Below are positions 55,994 to 64,000 of a DNA stretch of 64,000 nt, one piece after another. Below the pieces are notes generated by a model. That model was given only the letters and a program-made list of their open reading frames with translations. It had not been told where the DNA came from and did no database searches. The position numbers and the translations under genes are program-made. Numbering within the stretch: position 1 is the first letter of the stretch; each line of letters begins with the position of its first letter. Origin of the DNA: a virus (lineage: Duplodnaviria > Caudoviricetes); IMG/VR virus record IMGVR_UViG_3300031519_004880, positions 1 through 64,000 of that record, one strand, 5' to 3'.

Positions 55994-58666
55994 CTATTCT
56001 CCTCCAAAGTCAAACAACGTATTAAATGTATTGTTTTGCAATGTACTTGCAAGATCGTAATTCAACACACCAATTAAGTTATCTAGTTTGTTATCAATAA
56101 TAGTAGACTCCATTGTGTCACCATCGAACGGCAAGTCTTTAAACCATTGTGGTATATGCATTTCATCTACAGGGTATGCAACACTTGTGTATCCTAATGG
56201 ATTACCTTTTAGTTTACAAACAATAACCTTCATACCATCAACAATCTCTTGTGAGTACTTGTCACCATTCATACGTTTAAGTGTATTCCAATTGATACTT
56301 GCTCGAACGTGTCCGGGCATTGTTGCTTTGCCTTGCTTTGCTTCTTTACGTTGATACTCGCCGATCTTGTTTGCACGTTTGGGCGAACCTTTTTCGTATC
56401 CAGGTCTAAGTTTAAATGCAGTTCTAAACTCTGTAATTGCATCAAGTATATCTTGCTGAACATTATCAGTAAGCACCATAAGTAATAGCTTACTTAAAAA
56501 CTCTTGCATAAACACAGGTGTATCACTACGTTTAAGATCAAGACCCATTGCTTTTACTTTACCTTGTTTACCGTCTTTGTCCATACGTTCTCCTTCGAGA
56601 TCGTAGATAAGTGCCGCATAACGTTTCTTAGTAATAAACAATCCGCTCTCTGCAACAATCTCTCTAGCCGCCGCAATAACGTCCGACCTGCTCTTTGGAC
56701 AATGAAATGCTTCTTGCATAAACTTTGGAAAGGTAGTATTAGCCGCTTCACAAACTTGATCATAAAGTTTAATTACATTATCTTTATCCCACGGAATCTT
56801 ACCTGCGTCAATATCTTTTTGTAAGATAGGCCAAGCACTAAAGTAACAAGAGTCAGTATCACCGTAAATCATTGCATCACCTGTGTGATCATATGTGCCT
56901 GTAATAGTCTTGTTAACTTCTGCACTCATATGCTTAACAATAGCTCTGCCACTTAGTGTTGTACTTTGTCCAATACGTTTGTCAAAGAATCTACAACCTG
57001 GATTAAGAATAGCACCATACAAACTGTTCAAGTTAATCTTTTTAACTAGCTGTCGTTTATCCCAGAATTCAATTTCAACTTTGTTACCAGCATCAAGAGC
57101 TTTGCCTTTCATTTTTTGTAATTCTTTACGTTCACTATACCAACGTTTAAGTAGTCCAGGAATAACTCCGTCAAACTCGTTAGTTATAATAGTACCGTTA
57201 GCAGTTAGCATCCAAGGCTTGTGTGAATCAAATATTAACTTGTGCATCTCAGCACCACTCATTATAACTGTTTCACCAGTTTCAAAGTCAACATTAAGAC
57301 TAATGTCTTTACGCTTTTCCATAACTGCTTCATACTCTATTGTAGCAAAGCGGCCTTCCCATGCACCAGCAAATGATTTCTTTTGAAGTGTCATTGCATC
57401 TTCTACCATTGCATTAGTTAAATCAGGACGTAGTTGTCCTATAACTGTTGCTGGATCCATGTTCAATGCACGAATAACTGATGGATACAATGAGTTCAAA
57501 TCCATTGAACCAATCCACTTGTGCAATCCTTTCTTAGGAAATGCTACATAAGCACCTGCCGCAGGTTCACTGCCTGGCTCACGTTTAATTCTATTAGGAA
57601 CTTGTAATCCTCTATGATGTGCTTCGTTAATAATTGCTTGTTCTGTAACTGCAACGGCACCCATTGTAGTTTGTAGTAACACCGTGTTACTATGTGCAAG
57701 TTCGTTACTAAGATCAATAAACTTTAGTTTCTTATCTAGCTTGTCTAGTAGTGCAGTATCTTGTCTGTTGTACTCAATAAATGTTCGAAAGTCATTGTTG
57801 TAAAGTTGATCAAGTGTACCTTCGTAAACAGTCTTGTTCTCACCAATCTCTAGTTCACCAATAGCGTCAAGTCTATATGTGTGTCGTTCTTCATAGGTAT
57901 ATTTACGATACAATTCTAAACTATCTAAATGCACTCTGCCTATTAGGTCATAAGTAACAGCTTGTTTTCCATACTTTTCGTATTCACGTTTCTTAGGAAG
58001 TTGTTTCCACAAACAAAAACGTCTTGTGTCATCTTTGCTTAGTACACGAGCAACACGATTCACAGTATAAGGAATATCATATCCTTCACTATTCCAACCT
58101 GTTAGTATATCGCTATCTTGTATAATGTCAAGAAATGCTTCTAGCATATCAGACTCTTTTTCATACAAGTAAGTATTAGGAAATTCTTCGCACTCTTTTT
58201 CTGCGTCTGCCATGCTTAACCCCTTAGGAGGTATTGCAAATGTAACTAGAGTATCTAACCATTGTAGGTGTACACTAATAGCAGTAATAGGCATAAACGG
58301 ATCACTAGGATCAGCAAATCCACGTTCAGGATCAAAGTCAGTCTCAATATCAAAGAACGCAACGTTTAGTTTAGGTGACTCTACATTTAAATAGTTTTCA
58401 CTTAGGCATTGAAAGATTGGGTTGATATCACTTTCGAATAATTCTTTGTTTGCATTGATTGCAAGTTCCTTACGGAACTGTTTTGTATTTTTACAAATAA
58501 TTCTACTTAGGGGATCGCTGTAGATACTGTTGTACTTGCCCTTAGGATCTTTATAATAAAAGGTGTACTTAATTGGATATTCTGTGTAAGATCGTTTGCC
58601 GTCTTTACGTTCCACAACTCTGATAACGTCTTGATCGCGATCGAATTGTGCGTCTACATAACTCAT
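55994..58666 (-). CDS. gp43: Family B DNA polymerase (T4 gp43-like)
   Basis: FDIETD (ExoI), YNRQD, DLNSLYPS, KINLNSLYG, YGDTDS, KKRY; 890 aa. Confidence 0.97.
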   Translation of the reverse strand: MSYVDAQFDRDQDVIRVVERKDGKRSYTEYPIKYTFYYKDPKGKYNSIYSDPLSRIICKNTKQFRKELAINANKELFESDINPIFQCLSENYLNVESPKLNVAFFDIETDFDPERGFADPSDPFMPITAISVHLQWLDTLVTFAIPPKGLSMADAEKECEEFPNTYLYEKESDMLEAFLDIIQDSDILTGWNSEGYDIPYTVNRVARVLSKDDTRRFCLWKQLPKKREYEKYGKQAVTYDLIGRVHLDSLELYRKYTYEERHTYRLDAIGELEIGENKTVYEGTLDQLYNNDFRTFIEYNRQDTALLDKLDKKLKFIDLSNELAHSNTVLLQTTMGAVAVTEQAIINEAHHRGLQVPNRIKREPGSEPAAGAYVAFPKKGLHKWIGSMDLNSLYPSVIRALNMDPATVIGQLRPDLTNAMVEDAMTLQKKSFAGAWEGRFATIEYEAVMEKRKDISLNVDFETGETVIMSGAEMHKLIFDSHKPWMLTANGTIITNEFDGVIPGLLKRWYSERKELQKMKGKALDAGNKVEIEFWDKRQLVKKINLNSLYGAILNPGCRFFDKRIGQSTTLSGRAIVKHMSAEVNKTITGTYDHTGDAMIYGDTDSCYFSAWPILQKDIDAGKIPWDKDNVIKLYDQVCEAANTTFPKFMQEAFHCPKSRSDVIAAAREIVAESGLFITKKRYAALIYDLEGERMDKDGKQGKVKAMGLDLKRSDTPVFMQEFLSKLLLMVLTDNVQQDILDAITEFRTAFKLRPGYEKGSPKRANKIGEYQRKEAKQGKATMPGHVRASINWNTLKRMNGDKYSQEIVDGMKVIVCKLKGNPLGYTSVAYPVDEMHIPQWFKDLPFDGDTMESTIIDNKLDNLIGVLNYDLASTLQNNTFNTLFDFGGE

Positions 58667-58682
58667 ATATATTCTCCTTGCA

Positions 58683-58700
58683 TGTCATTTGGGGCTGACA
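58683..58700 (-). promoter_or_regulatory. Putative autogenous translational operator hairpin of the polymerase gene
   Basis: TGTCA-GCCCCAAA-TGACA (5-bp stem, 8-nt loop) 3 nt before SD AAGGAG. Confidence 0.5.
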
Positions 58701-58717
58701 AATACCAATAGTGTCGC

Positions 58718-59032
58718 TTATGGCCGACGATTACCTTCTTCTTTAAAATATTCTTTTGCCTCTCGTGCCTTATCGTCAATCCAAATGTCATAATGCGGCT
58801 TTCTAAAACTTAATGTTGTGTACAATACACCCCATTCTGCAAATTGGTCTTTAGTAAGCTCGCTCCAATCTTTGCCTGTTGTACCGCCTCTAGCAGTCCA
58901 ATAATGTATCTCATTGCCTTCATTATACAACCTATTAAAATGTTGTATACGTTGTACGTCAGGTTCACTTAATACATACTCACTGTTACTATTATAACAG
59001 ATTGTTCCGTCTATGTCAACCATATATTTCAT
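58718..59032 (-). CDS. HAD-superfamily phosphatase (capsule-biosynthesis type)
   Basis: VDIDGTI, WTARG, KP, IDDK; likely start ATG 59032. Confidence 0.85.
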   Translation of the reverse strand: MKYMVDIDGTICYNSNSEYVLSEPDVQRIQHFNRLYNEGNEIHYWTARGGTTGKDWSELTKDQFAEWGVLYTTLSFRKPHYDIWIDDKAREAKEYFKEEGNRRP

Positions 59033-59307
59033 AATATAAACAACTGTACTAATGCCCATGCGTTCATTGCGGTGAACCAACTGCATAGGATAATTACAAA
59101 TGCCGCTTGCCTAATAACTGCACTAACAATACCCAAAATACTTCCAATTAAGTATAATGGTACAAATATTGTTGTTGCAGGATCTAATATAGTAAAGCTC
59201 AAAATTGCACTCGCTGAGATTAAGAACAACGCCTCAACCATTTCGCAATAGAATGCAACCGGACTTAGTTTATAGCTATTTTTAAAGAATTTGATTACGT
59301 TATTCAA
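59029..59307 (-). CDS. Small membrane protein
   Basis: Three hydrophobic segments. Confidence 0.65.
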   Translation of the reverse strand: MNNVIKFFKNSYKLSPVAFYCEMVEALFLISASAILSFTILDPATTIFVPLYLIGSILGIVSAVIRQAAFVIILCSWFTAMNAWALVQLFIL

Positions 59308-59309
59308 AC

Positions 59310-59570
59310 CTATTTGTCCTTGCCGACTGTTGCGACAAGAGTCTCTAAATCATCAAATTCATCAGCAACTTTATGCCAATCACCTTTGAATGCTACTTTA
59401 ATTGCTTTGTTAATAAGACTTGGCTTCATGTCAAGTTCTTCTGCTACTGCTTTAACAGTATCTTTAAGACCTGCACTTAAATCGTCAATCTCTTGCATAA
59501 CGTTAGCACCTTCATTAACCAAACGCTCTAGTTTAGCTTTCTCTTCAACACCGTATGTTCTATCACTCAC
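59310..59570 (-). CDS. dsbA: DsbA/GapR-like dsDNA-binding protein
   Basis: KLERLVNEG...LKDTVKAVAEELDMKPSLINKAIKV; SD AAGGAG. Confidence 0.65.
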   Translation of the reverse strand: MSDRTYGVEEKAKLERLVNEGANVMQEIDDLSAGLKDTVKAVAEELDMKPSLINKAIKVAFKGDWHKVADEFDDLETLVATVGKDK

Positions 59571-59596
59571 TTGTATTCTCCTTAATTGTTATATAC

Positions 59597-59625
59597 ATTA
59601 TACACGAACTAAATCTGTTTGTCAA
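59597..59625 (-). promoter_or_regulatory. Consensus sigma70 promoter for the replication operon
   Basis: TTGACA-17 nt-TATAAT. Confidence 0.85.
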
Positions 59626-59629
59626 CAAC

Positions 59630-60166
59630 TTATTCGGCCTGTGGTCGCTCAATAGTTAAATTGCCCGCTACGACTATTCTTTCTCGATCGTTCTTTTGTT
59701 CTGGTACGCTATGTGTTACCCACCCTGGAAATACAACCATAAGTCCTGAATTTAGATATATTGCATTTCCGCTTGTTGGAAACACTAACGGACTATCTTC
59801 AGGTGTCGCATCTACATAATATGTAAAACTCCAAATTGCAGGGTGATGTGCATGGGCATTACAACTATCGCCCTTTTTATATAATGCACCCCAGCAATCA
59901 GTAACAACATACTTTCCTAAATTTGGTAAGTCGAGACCAGCTTCGACAACGTCAATTGCAAAATTAATTATCTTTTCAAAATCGGGATCTTTAAACATTG
60001 TCCATTTAGTCATGTCAGCTTGAACGTTTGTTTTTCTATATTGAAGGTCACCCTGGGCTCGAATCTTCTCTGCGAGTATTGGGTTAATTGTTTCAGCTTC
60101 GGGATACACCATTGTAAATACATCGGCTGTTTCGCTGAAGGTTAAGTTTTGCACGTTTGGTATCAT
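59630..60166 (-). CDS. 2OG-Fe(II) oxygenase (TIGR02466-like)
   Basis: CWG...HAHHP...SFTYYV...VFPGWVTHSV...RIVVAGN. Confidence 0.85.
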   Translation of the reverse strand: MIPNVQNLTFSETADVFTMVYPEAETINPILAEKIRAQGDLQYRKTNVQADMTKWTMFKDPDFEKIINFAIDVVEAGLDLPNLGKYVVTDCWGALYKKGDSCNAHAHHPAIWSFTYYVDATPEDSPLVFPTSGNAIYLNSGLMVVFPGWVTHSVPEQKNDRERIVVAGNLTIERPQAE

Positions 60167-60171
60167 GCAAA

Positions 60172-60179
60172 TATTTATA
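60172..60179 (-). promoter_or_regulatory. T4 consensus late promoter; leaderless
   Basis: TATAAATA-TTTGC-ATG(60166). Confidence 0.65.
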
Positions 60180-60209
60180 TAGGGGGGGTTTAAATAGTCT
60201 TAGAGCTGG

Positions 60210-60473
60210 TTAAGCAGTCCAAGGACGACCTGTTACAAGTCCGCCTGAGTTAGCATTATTGTCTAATGTATTGTCTGTTTTATATCTTGTGGGTAGTTGT
60301 GTAGCATCAAGTGTATTTCTTGCTCTGTAAGAAACAGCATCTGTATCTGTTGATCCACTAATAGTACCATTTGCGGCAACTGTTTTGCCTTCACGCTTTG
60401 CAAGTGCCTTAGCAAGTTTAGTATCTTGTCTTAGCTTTTTGTTTGCTAGTGTTGATATTCCGTTAGCGGCCAT
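60210..60473 (-). CDS. Small virion-associated protein (putative)
   Basis: MAANGISTL...GGLVTGRPW. Confidence 0.55.
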   Translation of the reverse strand: MAANGISTLANKKLRQDTKLAKALAKREGKTVAANGTISGSTDTDAVSYRARNTLDATQLPTRYKTDNTLDNNANSGGLVTGRPWTA

Positions 60474-61342
60474 TACTTTTGCTCAGGTTCAGCTTGTTGC
60501 TGTCCAGCTTCAGCTTGTTTCATAAGTGCTTTGAACTTACCAAACAGTTGAGGATTTGACATCATGCTCTGTATAGCAGTTGCATATGGTGCAATAGCTT
60601 TAATAATATTTGGAGGTAATGTTTCGCCTGAGGATATTTTATCTAATCCTTTTGCAACTTGAGCACCACTTGCCTTACCACCAATAACACCTTTAAGTGC
60701 AGTTGCTTTCTGTGCAACCTGTTGTGCTAGTTTTGGATCAGGTGCTACGTCTGGTGCACCGGGTGCTTCAGGAACGCATTTGTTTACACGCTTACCTTTG
60801 TTCTTTCCAGTACCTTTTTGTGTACCGGCTTTTTTATAACCATCCCAGCACTTGTCTGGTCCTGCTACTTCTTTTACAAATTTGTTTTTAGCTTTTTTAA
60901 ATTGTTTAAATCCTGTTTCAGGATCTAATTTAACTGCGCCGTCGGACCAATCTGTTCCGGTCCATGTCCAAGTTGCTGTGCCATCGTTATAAGCACTACC
61001 TGGTTTTAGGTCGCTTACTTTCTTTGGTTCTTTAGCTTTTGGTGCTGTATCTTTAGCTTTATCTTTAGGCTTATCGTCTTTTGTAGAAGTGTCACCTTTG
61101 TTAATCCAATCATCAGTTTCTTTATCGTCAATACCGCCTTTTGGATCTATAGGCTTTTTATTACCATGTGCGCCACCATACTTAGTTGACGCTTTAGTTG
61201 CAACAGCATCTAAGCCTCTAGCAATTCTAGTGTTCTGTACATAGTTGTCAATCTTGCCAAGTGATGCTTTAGTGTTTAACCAACCACCGGGTGGAGCTTC
61301 GTTGATGTTATCGAACTCATTTGATAAATCAGTTAACTTCAT
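60473..61342 (-). CDS. Putative internal head protein, modular
   Basis: MKLTDLSNEFDNINE leader; K/D/P-rich linker; CWDGYKKAG...NKCVP module. Confidence 0.55.
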   Translation of the reverse strand: MKLTDLSNEFDNINEAPPGGWLNTKASLGKIDNYVQNTRIARGLDAVATKASTKYGGAHGNKKPIDPKGGIDDKETDDWINKGDTSTKDDKPKDKAKDTAPKAKEPKKVSDLKPGSAYNDGTATWTWTGTDWSDGAVKLDPETGFKQFKKAKNKFVKEVAGPDKCWDGYKKAGTQKGTGKNKGKRVNKCVPEAPGAPDVAPDPKLAQQVAQKATALKGVIGGKASGAQVAKGLDKISSGETLPPNIIKAIAPYATAIQSMMSNPQLFGKFKALMKQAEAGQQQAEPEQK

Positions 61343-61533
61343 TACTTGTCAAGCCAAATCTTTGAAAGTTTATCACCCATTGCTCTAATCTTTTCTGCTT
61401 CAGATGCATTGCCATTCTGAGTAACATTTGTTTGTACTGCTGTTACTACAGGTGGTGGACCTTTTACAACTGGTGCTGTATTTTGTGCATTAACTCTATT
61501 AAAGACTGCGTCTGTGTCGACTGGTTTAAACAT
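61342..61533 (-). CDS. Hypothetical protein
   Basis: 63 aa, SD AGGAG. Confidence 0.6.
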   Translation of the reverse strand: MFKPVDTDAVFNRVNAQNTAPVVKGPPPVVTAVQTNVTQNGNASEAEKIRAMGDKLSKIWLDK

Positions 61534-61534
61534 A

Positions 61535-62104
61535 TTATTCTCCTAATGATGCTGATAATTTATTCATCAATGATGTTTTATAATCTGTTGATTCATTTTT
61601 CATTGCGGCAAATTTATCTGCTTGTTTTTTTCTAGCGGCTTTATCTTCAGCATCCATCTTTGCGACATTCTTATTTCTAAGAGCATCTAACTCTTTACCT
61701 TTAAGTTGATCTTTTGTAGGTGCTAAATCTTCTGCAACCGCATTACAGTTACAATGTTTACAAGTTGGAGCACATTTACAATCTTCTGCTTTAACGTCTG
61801 CACCACAACACTTGTCTGAACAATGTGTGTCTTTTGATTCTGCAACTTCGTCAAACTTAACTTGATAGTCCATGTGATGATAAACACTACCTAAGTAGTC
61901 TGCTGATTTAGTAATTTTTGATTGTACCCAACCCTCTAAGCCTTCTTGCTCAGATACGTTTTTTAGCATTTCGTGTAGTTTGATACTGTACTTTGCAATC
62001 TTGTATAGTTCAGCACGAGCCATTTGTACTTCATGGTCAGATTCAGCTCTGTAAGCCATATCTGCTAAACCTTCTTTTAATTGTTTCTTATTCATATTCA
62101 TCAC
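61535..62104 (-). CDS. Putative internal head protein with Cys-rich module
   Basis: QLKE leader; LEGWVQSKITKSADYL; CSDKCC...CKC...CKHCNC; late promoter 62125-62119. Confidence 0.55.
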   Translation of the reverse strand: MMNMNKKQLKEGLADMAYRAESDHEVQMARAELYKIAKYSIKLHEMLKNVSEQEGLEGWVQSKITKSADYLGSVYHHMDYQVKFDEVAESKDTHCSDKCCGADVKAEDCKCAPTCKHCNCNAVAEDLAPTKDQLKGKELDALRNKNVAKMDAEDKAARKKQADKFAAMKNESTDYKTSLMNKLSASLGE

Positions 62105-62121
62105 CTTTTGCTTACTACTAT

Positions 62122-62352
62122 TTATCGTTTAGCTATCTTGGCCCCAAAGAAACTGTCTGATGCATCTAGTGCATTAACTACAGTTCCGTCTTTGTTCTTT
62201 TTAGCTTTCTTCTTAGGAACACCATTCTTGTCACGTGGAATTTGACCCTGTGCATGTACTGGATTAGCTACAGTTGCAATAGCACCTGCACTTGTACCGC
62301 CTGCTGTGGCAGTTTCACCGAGATCCTTTTGAAATAGTTCACGTATTAACAT
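62122..62352 (-). CDS. Putative internal head protein
   Basis: MLIRELFQKDLGE leader; ATAAATA-ACAGT-ATG. Confidence 0.55.
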   Translation of the reverse strand: MLIRELFQKDLGETATAGGTSAGAIATVANPVHAQGQIPRDKNGVPKKKAKKNKDGTVVNALDASDSFFGAKIAKR

Positions 62353-62360
62353 ACTGTTAT

Positions 62361-63119
62361 TTATCCTTCTTTAGCGGGCTTAGTAAAATAATCTTTCAAT
62401 AGTCCAGCAGTACGTTCAAACTTGTGATCTTTATGTTTGAAACCTACGCCACCTTTTGATTCCCAATTTCTAATATTAGACCCAAAGTCGTCAATTAGTA
62501 TGTTAGGTGTACCGTCTGCTTGTTTTGCCCACTTATACTTGTCAGCGGAAACAATAACTTCTTTAGGCGGAAAAAACGCTAAGTTCTTTTTAACCCATTC
62601 ACGCTTGTGTGGTTCTGCTCTAGGATCGTTTGCTAATGGCGCACTTAGTATTGTATACTCGCCTTTAAGATCCTTAATAATGTTTAGTAAGTTTTGTGCA
62701 TTTGCTGTTAACGGTAAGTTTAACCAAAAGTCATCTTTATCTCTAATCTTTTGTAATGCATCTTCAATATCTGTAATTTGTCGCCAATCTTTTCCTACAA
62801 GTTTCTTCCACGCTGGAAAGAAGTCTGCAAGTACACCGTCCATGTCTACATAGATTTCACTAACAGCTGATAGTTCTTTAGTTTGTAATTCTTTTATCTG
62901 CGACTCGGTCATCCCTAAATTATATAAAGTATTTGCTTTTGTATTCTTACTTGCTTTCTTATGCATAGTATACTTGGGTTTACCGGCTTTGTCAACCGAA
63001 AAACCAAGTTTCTTTGCTTCAATACTAGTTTGGTTAGGACCTACATCGGGAGTAGTGTTAACACCAGGTACAATAAGACCGACGCCTTCTGATAGCTTAG
63101 ATATCTCATGCCACCTCAT
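62361..63119 (-). CDS. 5'(3')-deoxyribonucleotidase (NT5C/HAD) with N-terminal head-protein-like leader
   Basis: YVDMDGVLADF, ILSAP, ILIDD; N-terminus MRWHEISKLSE. Confidence 0.85.
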   Translation of the reverse strand: MRWHEISKLSEGVGLIVPGVNTTPDVGPNQTSIEAKKLGFSVDKAGKPKYTMHKKASKNTKANTLYNLGMTESQIKELQTKELSAVSEIYVDMDGVLADFFPAWKKLVGKDWRQITDIEDALQKIRDKDDFWLNLPLTANAQNLLNIIKDLKGEYTILSAPLANDPRAEPHKREWVKKNLAFFPPKEVIVSADKYKWAKQADGTPNILIDDFGSNIRNWESKGGVGFKHKDHKFERTAGLLKDYFTKPAKEG

Positions 63120-63346
63120 TTCTTTTTACGTCCTCTAAAGCCTTGTGGCATATTTTGGTTAGTCATGTAAGGTCTATTAAACCAAAGTTTAAACCAATCT
63201 TGATCACCAGGTTTTAAACCTAATTTTTTTTCTTTTTGTTTTAGAGCGGTTGCAGTGATACTAGGGTTTTCGTCAATCTTATATTCGGAGTAACCTTTAT
63301 ATTCGTTTACACCTGCAAGTTGAATTATACGTTCTAGTTCATCCAT
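63116..63346 (-). CDS. Hypothetical protein
   Basis: MDELERIIQLAG; coupled. Confidence 0.6.
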   Translation of the reverse strand: MDELERIIQLAGVNEYKGYSEYKIDENPSITATALKQKEKKLGLKPGDQDWFKLWFNRPYMTNQNMPQGFRGRKKK

Positions 63347-64000
63347 TACTTTGCTTTGGCCTTACCAGCTTTCATATTAGCCATCCAATGTGCCATACGT
63401 TGCTTTTCGCCACTGCTACCTTTTGCAGTTTTTCTTAAACTACTTACACTTGCTTTAGTATCAACTCCACTACGTTTGGCTAATCCTTTACGTCCGGGCT
63501 TCTTGCCGTCTGCAAAGTTTTCATCGTAGTGTGCATCTTTGTTTCCACCTGCGTCTTGTGTCTTATAGCCCATCTTCTTTAGAGCTACTTTAATAATTTC
63601 ATCTTCTTCAGGACTAAACGGAACAATCATTACATCTGGCTCAGATGGATTAATATCGTCTGGGTCCATAGTATCTGTGTTTGCAAGGTGTGTACCTAGC
63701 TTAATAAAATCATATGCTGTGTCTGACTTTGCTAACGTACTACTTTTAGGATTAGGAATTAGATCACCTTCATTTTTCATAGAGGCAACATTACTAATCA
63801 TTTTATAGATATCACCGCCTGCTTTTTTAAATGCTTGTGAAACTTCTTTCTCTGTAAACTTTAAATAATCAACCATGTACATTGCAAGGCCAGCTTCGCC
63901 ATCGCCTTTGTACATATCAATTAAGTCTTGTTCTAAATTACTACTACTTTCGTTAGCATGTATTGCGGCTTGTTGTTTCTTACGCATAGGATGTCCTTTA
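63346..64000 (-). CDS. Putative internal head protein (probably 5'-truncated by the window)
   Basis: Frame open to the window edge (KGHP before MRKKQQ); basic C-terminal module. Confidence 0.55.
   Translation of the reverse strand, partial: KGHPMRKKQQAAIHANESSSNLEQDLIDMYKGDGEAGLAMYMVDYLKFTEKEVSQAFKKAGGDIYKMISNVASMKNEGDLIPNPKSSTLAKSDTAYDFIKLGTHLANTDTMDPDDINPSEPDVMIVPFSPEEDEIIKVALKKMGYKTQDAGGNKDAHYDENFADGKKPGRKGLAKRSGVDTKASVSSLRKTAKGSSGEKQRMAHWMANMKAGKAKAK

Noticed and set aside
55994-58666. Intein, intron or split in the DNA polymerase
   Set aside because: One continuous 890-aa ORF of normal gp43 size, with all motifs in order.
60182-60188. G7 homopolymer as a phase-variation switch
   Set aside because: It is intergenic and upstream of a late promoter with no -35 requirement; there is no partner for a stem and no reading frame is affected.
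2354-62853. Many short opposite-strand or nested ORFs in the track (e.g. 2354-, 3379-, 14983-, 36930+, 42544+, 56895+, 62437+)
   Set aside because: They are antisense shadows of well-supported genes, without SD, motifs or protein-like composition.
1-64000. CRISPR arrays, tRNA/rRNA genes, integrase/transposase
   Set aside because: I found no regularly spaced direct repeats, cloverleaf-compatible intergenic segments or recombinase motifs by eye; intergenic gaps are mostly under 100 nt. A tRNAscan/Infernal run would be needed to exclude them formally.
1-64000. Stop-codon reassignment (seen in some large phages)
   Set aside because: Standard-code ORFs tile the window densely, and conserved enzymes are full length with TAA, TAG and TGA all acting as stops.

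Overview
This 64 kb, AT-rich window has no tRNA, rRNA or CRISPR array that I could see. It comes from a large T4-like (likely jumbo, likely aquatic) dsDNA phage. Evidence: family-B DNA polymerase, sliding clamp, RNase H, DsbA-like protein, T4-type late promoters ((TA)TAAATA) alongside sigma70 early promoters, and fibre and internal-head proteins. Four blocks. (1) 1-1.1 kb and 33.9-35.2 kb: virion fibre/structural genes. (2) Between them, about 1.5-33.8 kb: a dense island of tailoring enzymes with 9 radical SAM enzymes, 6 AspH-like 2OG-Fe(II) hydroxylases, 4-5 glycosyltransferase-like proteins, UDP-glucose dehydrogenase, SGNH proteins, a methyltransferase, a kinase, a CX5R phosphatase, a short flavin-dependent halogenase, a GNAT, a minimal adenylate-forming enzyme, 3 beta-propellers and one embedded fibre-like module. 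(3) About 36.9-59.6 kb: MoxR/VWA pair, replication genes and a 7-deazaguanine DNA-modification locus (queE, folE, dpdL-like, dpdA-like; no queC or queD in the window) interleaved with a GT4 glycosyltransferase, oxygenases, a cupin, a PRTase, a HIT hydrolase and an NAD-sugar epimerase. (4) 60-64 kb: late, probably head-packaged proteins with (L/I)xE processing sites. The strongest candidates for undescribed systems are the fibre-flanked tailoring island and a possibly glycosylated or oxidised deazaguanine DNA modification. Two small RNA elements (folE leader, polymerase operator) also deserve testing. All calls come from reading motifs by eye; no database search was run.
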